NCBI GenBank assembly: GCA_973895155.1
Contig: OZ316895.1
Span: 18,836,508 to 18,900,507 of the forward strand
Length of the DNA stretch: 64,000 bases
From: Marsupella aquatica
Lineage: Eukaryota > Plantae > Marchantiophyta
Direction of reading: 5' to 3'
The notes beneath the pieces are model-generated. The model was not told the origin of the DNA. It saw only the letters and a program-made list of their open reading frames with translations, and searched no databases. Shown piece by piece: positions 56,718 through 64,000 of this stretch; position 1 is the stretch's first letter; every line of letters begins with the position of its first letter. Position numbers and translations under genes: made by a program.

Positions 56718-59700
56718 ATGGGGGATTCTGATGACGGTGATCTGATGTTTGTTGAGGGAGAGGAAGAAGGAGGAGACATGGACATCATGTTCTTGGATGA
56801 GGCTAATGGGCCCTACGAGCTTCCGTGCCCATCCGACTTGTCTGTTGTGTTCGATAATGAAACTTCCGATCTGCCTGGCCTGTCCGATGTATCCCATGTG
56901 TTTGAGAACGAAGTTGACACACTTTCAGTCAACCAACCTTCGTATCATGGAATCGTGCCTCAGATCGAAGCTACTGTTCAACCTCCTACTGAGCTGATGC
57001 AGGTAGAGGTAAATGCCCCTGGATTCAGGATTGTTGCTGATCCATCATTGGCTGATGCAGGGAAAGGGAAAGAAAAGCCTGGATCTGAACAGAATGATCG
57101 ATGGGCCACAAATTGTGCGAATCTACTTCGAACTGCTTTGAAGTGGGACACGAGTATCCCACTTGGGGATCTGCCTCTGGAGGTGCTCGATGAGCTGTTC
57201 AGTAATGTCTTCTCCCGGGTTGTGAAATTGGATGGCAAGCAGTATCCGTCATCTTCTTTAATGGGCCTGATGAATGCCTTCAATCGTGTGATAAGGCATG
57301 CAAGCGAGATGAGAGCTTTGAGAGGGGACAGAAATGTTGTGGATAGGGACTTCAACATCATCAAGCATGCATGCTTCACAAAAACTCGACTGGTTCTGAA
57401 AGCTACAATCAGGAAGAGTGCGAAAGAGGGAATCAACAAAAAGACCAAGAAGGTACACGCTTCATTTATTTGTGTTGTGAATTATGGTCACGACAGTTCT
57501 CCTTCGTTCGCGAGCAGAACGAGGCCTCCTGCGAGATGAAGAAAGTACGTACATGGTAGTCCGTTAGTCAGTGTGACTAGCAGTGACTCCCTCGGTGTCT
57601 CAGTGATCACATCGCCCGCACGCAAATCCCAGTAATAAGTTTGGCTGCCTTGGAATGCTGCACCTGCCTGCCAGGAAGGCTGAGAAAGCCAGGAAGGAGC
57701 TCAAGTGGAGCTGTGGGTGGTAGGTGGGAGAGGTCATGAAGGTACTGCCGCCCTGCTCTCTTGTGTGATACGATAGCCGATGGGACAGAGGGTGATCGAG
57801 CGACGGCGATAGTGAAGAGTCGTTCGGTCCCGGCTTTGCGGTGTGGGCACTTTCCTTTTCTTGGAGCTCAGCTGAGCTGAACCCTTGTACTGACATGCAA
57901 CCAATGTCTCACACATCCGGTCGAAAGCTTTTTCTCTGTGGGATTGCTCGTTTGTCACATTTTCATATTTAGAGTGAGAACCTTGGGCGACGGAGGTGCA
58001 CGGTGCAAGCGACTGGACTCACATTAACGACGACACTGGCTGCTTCGTTGGGCACGGTGGGATTTGAATGGTAGTAGTGGTGTCGTTTTTTGTTGACATG
58101 CGTGGAGAGGTTTATGATTCACGTATGATAGGCAAGCGGTGAGAGAACAGGCAGGCGAGGGTCTTGGTATAATTATATTGGCGAGAGCGGTTCATCCTGA
58201 TTCTGCAAAATGTATAATAAGTGGGGAGGAGATGCTGTACAATTGGACGGGTCAGTCTCGGACGATGACCGCAGCAGAGTGAGCAACACAGACATAGACA
58301 GAGCCTTTGTGAAGAGTCTGGAAGAGACCTCACAGAGCTGGCTCCTTGGGGCCGGCGAGCAGAAGAAAAAGAAGACTATGGGATTTTGACAAGAGTGTGT
58401 TTCCTTGTGACAGGTATCGAACCTCACAGAAGAGATGGAGAAAGCTATCCTGTCTGATATGGATCACCAGATTAACTTCTCACATGGTTGTCAAAAACGT
58501 TTGGCTTTCTTCTTCCTTGTGAGGCTTGGGATTCGAGGAGGGCAAGAATTATGGGACTTGCATCGAGACGATATCAGTATCTGGCAGGATAAAGAGGGAC
58601 AAGACTATGTCCGGTGAGGAGAATTGAATTCAGTCTATTAACTGTCGGTTTTAGTTTGGTGATATTCAGTTCATGTTCGTTCTTATATTTTCTTGGAGTG
58701 GTTTGTGCTTGACTGATGCAGCTTTGAAGAGAGACAGAGCAAGAATAACTCCTACACGCTTGAGAGATACAACGAGGAGCAGTTTCGGAAAGTATTCCAT
58801 AGCTTTGAACGTGATTTTGTGCTGACATTGAGACAATATTTACGTCACATGCCTCCTCTTGAAGAGGGGACAAAACCTGACTTGTTCATGGGTGCTATTC
58901 CTAATCCGGTTGGAAATATTTGGTACAACAAGGTTCACAAGGTGTCGAAGGAGAGAGCAGGTTCATGGCTTGTGAATATGCTGAAGTTAGTGGGCCTGCC
59001 TACAGAGTTGTTCAGTAACCGGTCTGGCAGAGCAACTCTGATTACACGCATGGCTGCAAGGGGAGTGCCTGATGAAGTTGGCATGCTGATATCAGGGCAT
59101 CATACTATCAGTGGGTATCTAAGGTATGATCGAACCAAGGCTATCAAGATGGAAGCAGCCACTCTAGTAGCATCAAATCCTATGATCAGTTACAAGTCTG
59201 CATTACAGGAAGTATCCAAGAAGTTTGTGGAAGAAAAGATTGTAGGCAGTGCTGCGAGTTTGAACCCTTTGACCTATGTGATTGATGGGGAGAGAGGGAG
59301 ATGTGCTGCTTCTTCATCATCAAATCAGAGTGTGCAGGTCCCTGTAGATTTGACTGCATTCACACCTCTAGTGGAGAGGGTGAGCGAAAAACGTTCGTTG
59401 CAATTGGCAATAGCTACAGGGCCTATTTAGGTAAAATATTATCTATACTTGTTATTTGCTTCATCGTTGCTTATATCTAGTCTTTCTGTACACTGACAAA
59501 GGTCAGTTGTTATGTGACAGAATCCTGGTGATGGCATGGGCGTAAGTGACATTCATGAAAAGAGCAAGGAGTTTCTTCAAGATTTTGAATCAGTCAATTG
59601 GGACAAGGAGGTTCTTGCTAATCAGGGGTTAGCAAAGTATCTCAGAGGAGGTGCATCTGCTGTTTCAATTGCCAACAGCTTGGCTAATAATTCGTTCCAG

Positions 59701-59781
59701 AATTGCAATGTTACCATCAAGATTGTTCAAGCTAAGGACGAGGAGAAGGAGGCAGCAAGCGAGATAGAAGGCCAGAAATGA
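56718..59781 (+). CDS. Crypton-type tyrosine recombinase (DUF3504-like), four exons
   Basis: Exons 56718-57452, 58414-58613, 58722-59430 and 59521-59781 join in frame through GT-AG introns. Motifs LDELFS..VVKLDGKQYPSSSL, FNII..F...R.VL, LTEEME, GIRGGQE (R), SKNN (K), WY, FSNRSGRAT (H>R..R), SGH (H), YLRY (Y), C-terminal FQNCNVTI. TAG at the end of exon 3. Confidence 0.88.
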
Positions 59782-61749
59782 GTTAGATTAGGGACAAAAT
59801 AAAACAGCTGATCAAATATGGTAGTGTAGTTTTATTGATAGTCAGTCTGAGATCAAGTATAGTCATATCCAAGAATGGATTGTACTTTCAAAGCTTTTGA
59901 AGCTATAATAGGCCATCCATAGTTGCAGATCCCCTGCTAAGTTCTCAGTAGCAAGCTTTCACGGTTGATCATTTTTCAGGGTTGATCATTCAGGATCCCC
60001 TTTCAGTAAAGTCTTTTCACGCAACTCATTTTTCAAGAAACTCGTTTCGCATTCAATAAAGTGTATTTTCACCTCAATAAAGTGTATTTCACAAAAAGAA
60101 TTGTGTCGTGGCTGTTCAGCCTATTGGAATATCCAAAATGGGTGGACTATACAAATTCTATTAAATGAGCACCAAATCTTCTTGTGTCGGGGGCCTTGCC
60201 AGGACCAGGAATTATGGCCCCATGTTGTGTCAGGACCCAACGTTATGGCACTCTAAACGTGTTAGGGCCGGATATCACGGAAATAATGCATATGCCCTAA
60301 TCACTGTATCCACCGATAACCAATAGAGTCAACCTTGATTACGTGATTTGAAATGATATTCCCAACACAGTCGAGATCCCCTGACACTCACCGGCACAAC
60401 CGGTCAATTTTTTAACGGGTCAAAATTTTAAGGCTGTTGCAAATTTGTTAATTTAGAAAACAATACACTTCATCAAATAATTCATGTCCAATGGACTTTA
60501 GTTATAAAAATTGTGGAACAAACATTAGAAGTTATGTCACCAGCGTGAAGGAATTGTTTCATTCATATGAACCCGGTTGCTTCTTGGTTTAGATGACACT
60601 TCAATTCAGTGGGGGCTTTGCTGTTTGTGTTAACGTGTTTTATTTTTGACAGCAAACAACACGGAACCAATTGCACAAGAAAAGGACAATTACACAAGGG
60701 GGCCAGAAGGGTAGCCTACAACATGTTCGATTCATATGGCCCAAATCAAAGACCAGTTTGTCTGGAACCGTTCTAAGACATTTCAACCAATCATCTAACA
60801 TGAGAGATATATGTAATGGACCTCCAAACACAACTTTTTTATTTAACCAACCAAAACATGCAGGTTCCCTCCCAATGGACCTACGGGCCCACTCCATACA
60901 ACAATGTTCTTGTGAAAGGGTTCGCCATACAATTCATGCTGATTGAGTAACCATAGGATACCGTGGTTGGGCCTGTGTAGTAATGTCTATGATAACTATG
61001 CAATGCATGGATCACCCAAGCGCCATAGCCTCTAGTTGCAATGAAGCACAGGGCTTCCTAGTCTGGTTGAATACAACATGGTTATATATATCCCAACTAT
61101 AAATAAATTAAGGAGCTTGCGGCAACATCAAAACACGTGAGTGCCATCGCCCCCTGACCCCACAACTTTTTAGAATACATTGTGGCCATCGTGTTCAAGA
61201 TATGACAGAAATAGAACAATGCATGTCCGGGATACACAGTGCAGATTGTATTCAATGTTCATAGTAGAAAAACATATTTCTCCCGGCTTCACAAAGACGC
61301 TTGACGCTGAAGCCTGCCAAAATGGACAAAACCATGTCAAATTCTAAGACATAAAAGTAAGATTGTGATGTATACACAATGTACGTTGTATGCATAGTTC
61401 ACACTTAGAAAACATATTAGTGTCAAAGGACGCTTGGCGTCAAAGTCTGCCCAAATATATGGGCAAAACCATATCATATCCAGCATAGAAGTAAGATTGT
61501 ATAGTCACAATGCACTTTGTATGCACTGTTCACACTAAGAAAAAAATCAAGAAATATGCATATCAATTTTGATTTTATGCTTTGTGTTGTACCCTAAACC
61601 CTAAGTCCTCTGACATATATAATGCATTGTATACATTAATGCCCTACCAAATAATCATCAAGGATTTTGGAAACTAAGATCGCTTCACCATTTGTACATG
61701 TTAAAAACCAGGTCAAATTCTGAGTCTACAATGGAAAGTGTCACTACTG

Positions 61750-62417
61750 CGGTCAAGCTAAAGCAAATGTTGATTGAGGCACCTGTAATGGTTATGCCAG
61801 ATTGGTCTATGGATTCTCATGATGCTCAGCAGTTATTTTTCTATTAATGTATTGGATGAATGGTATCCTGATATCCTCAACATCTTAAGTACACTCAGTC
61901 TGATTGAAGCGGGGGCTTACCCAAGAACAAACTGTTGTATTCCTTGGGAAGGCTACAAGCTATCAAGTCATCAAGGGAATATCGCATAAGTATGGAGCCG
62001 ATGGAAGAATTCAAAGGTGTCTGGAAGAACGGGATGCAAAAAGGGTTTTACAAACAATGCACGGGGAGGAGGCCATTATTCTCCAACCACGCAGCTAGCA
62101 AGGTTTTAGATGGTGGTGACTGGTGTCCAACTTTGCATAAGGACGTCCGTTGCATTCAATTTTACCTCTTGCACCTTTGAGACATGGGGGATTGATTTCA
62201 TTAAACCTCTTCTCCGAAAAATATTAAGTATATCATATTGACCACTGATAATGCAACAAAGTGGGTTGAAGCCCGACCAACTACTAAGGATTATGCTATC
62301 ACCACTGCCCAATTTCTGTATGAGCAAATATTTACCTGGCATGGACCACCGTTGGAGCTAGTAAGCAACCAAGAGGCCCATTTTCTGATTGATATCATAT
62401 ACCGACTAAATGAGCAG
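61750..62417 (+). pseudogene. Degenerate Ty3/Gypsy pol remnant (RT-RNaseH linker and integrase)
   Basis: LKQMLIEAPV..PDWS; RCL..AKRVL..MHG; PFETWGIDFI; TDNATKWVEA..TAQFLYEQIFTWHGPPLELVSNQ..HF; deletions and frameshifts. Confidence 0.85.
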
Positions 62418-63610
62418 TGCTGCAACCCATAGGTTAAATCAGTCTACCTTAGATTAGATCTAACCCACGGCGGTTATACCACTAACCACCTTAGTAACTA
62501 CCTTGTGTATAAAGTGTTCACTAAGTAAAGAGATGGGAGTTATTGTGATGTTGAACACGTTATCGGCACGAAGGTGCTTGACAATTTTTCCCCCTCTCGA
62601 ATGAGCGAAGATTGATTTCCAGGTGGGAGAAGAACACAGCCAGACTGCATCGGGCTTCCATGTATTCTTGGGGATTTTTCTTACTCCACTGATTCCTAAT
62701 TCAATCAAATAGGCCCACTAGATCAACCCCTGATCCCATCTCGATAGCCAGCAGTACGAAGCGCAACTCAATCAATTTGACCACGATCTCCAAACAATTC
62801 ATATAGAAATCTGACATCACCAAATCCCTCACCAACATTGCTCACTTTATTACCACCAAGAGTAGAACGATTCCACATAAAATTACAATCCAAAATTCAA
62901 TTCAGTTTAAACATCACCGCTGAGCAAGATATCCCATAACCGATTATCTCCAACATGACAACGAGCACAATAGAGAAATTACATTTCCAAGCTCTCTCTA
63001 TTGATGGTTCCAATTAATTGTCATGGACTATCGATGCCGAGGCCCACCTCACATCTAAGAACCTACAAGATACTATTCTCATTGACAACGGCCCTACACT
63101 CCAACAGAAGGCCCAGGCCCTGATCTTCATCCGGCACCACCTCGCTGATTCATTGAAGAGACAGTACATGAATGAGTACAACCCCTGGGTACTCTGGGAT
63201 GAGCTCCACGCTAGATTCGACCATACTCGCACAATCTTCTTGCCGATAGCGAGGCATGACTGGGTCAACCTCCGGGTATAGGACCACAAAACAATTGCCA
63301 AATACAATAGCAAATTATTTTGCATTGTATCACAACTCGCCATATGCGGCCCCCGAGTTGGAGAAGAACAAATCAAAAAGATGTCAACATTTCATTCAAC
63401 AAATTTGGTAATATCCACTCAATACCAAAATATGAGATTTACAACCTATTCAAAGTTAATTGCACATATGTTGCTTGCATAAAAACACCAAATCCTGCTA
63501 TTACAAAATACTCAATAGAGACCCCCCAACACCCTCCCACCACAAGTAAATCCAGAAACTCACTTCAACACAATGAGGAGGGGATCTGCAAATTCATCCC
63601 TATTAAATTA
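62418..63610 (+). mobile_element. Second Bianca/Lyco-like Copia: 5' LTR (about 62418-62557), PBS and decayed gag
   Basis: LTR similar to the 131-bp LTR; PBS CGTTATCGGCACGA at 62558; gag from 62955 closely matches the gag at 51361-51831 (SWTIDAEAHLTSKNL..WDELHARFDH). Confidence 0.9.
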
Positions 63611-64000
63611 TGAAATATACATACACCAACAAAAGATGATTGAATTTCTCTTAAGCCAATGTGGCTTATCTTATATTGTACATTGGGGTAGTTGTAACTA
63701 CCCTCTCCTAGTCTTGTGTCTCTTTATATCTAGGTATTGCATACCTCTTTGTATCATCATATGGACTAAGGGTTAAATATATTCTAACACTCCCCCTTGG
63801 TTACTTTATGTTTCTTAAAGTAACCATTTTGGAAATAAATTTAAGCCTAGTTCTGAGTATAATGGAAAAACTCATTGGGGTATGACCTAATTAAAAACCC
63901 CCCGCTTTCTTCTGGGGTAAAAAGAGTGTCACTACCTTACATGTAATGAGTCAAAAATAGTAAGAAAGGAGTGTAATCATGTATGGCTGAATCGAAATGA
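63611..64000 (-). mobile_element. 3' LTR (63611-63789), PPT and 3' UTR of a third related Copia nested in the preceding gag; runs off the window
   Basis: TG..CA segment followed by ctcccccttgg; 63890-63940 resembles 43520-43570 of the first Copia. Confidence 0.78.

Noticed and set aside
61591-61604. Telomere repeat (accctaaaccctaa) and scattered tttaggg motifs
   Set aside because: Only 1-2 units; ordinary telo-box-like motifs, not an interstitial telomere array.

Overview
Eukaryotic, transposon-dense window from a land plant. A non-seed plant such as a fern is inferred from the TE types and an RPL18a fragment, not proven. No intact host gene, RNA gene or CRISPR array was found. From left to right: (1) two diverged, convergently oriented, decayed copies of an intron-containing gene with a ParB/Srx-like N-terminus and a beta-class amino-(N4C/N6A)-methyltransferase-like C-terminus; each copy carries its own odd-length palindrome in its introns and flanks, one of them in two 43-bp phased arrays; (2) a near-full-length RTEX-like LINE with a 181-bp monomer array at its 5' end, plus an inverted, doubly truncated 2.8-kb copy; (3) an orphan RPL18a last exon; (4) a CACTA element preceded by EDM2-type PHD and tandem-BRCT genes; (5) a short-LTR Bianca/Lyco-type Copia element holding a 4.6-kb TG..CA insertion that looks like a protein-coding solo LTR; (6) an almost intact spliced Crypton-type tyrosine recombinase gene; (7) Gypsy and Copia remnants. 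All family assignments come from motif recognition by eye; no database search was run.
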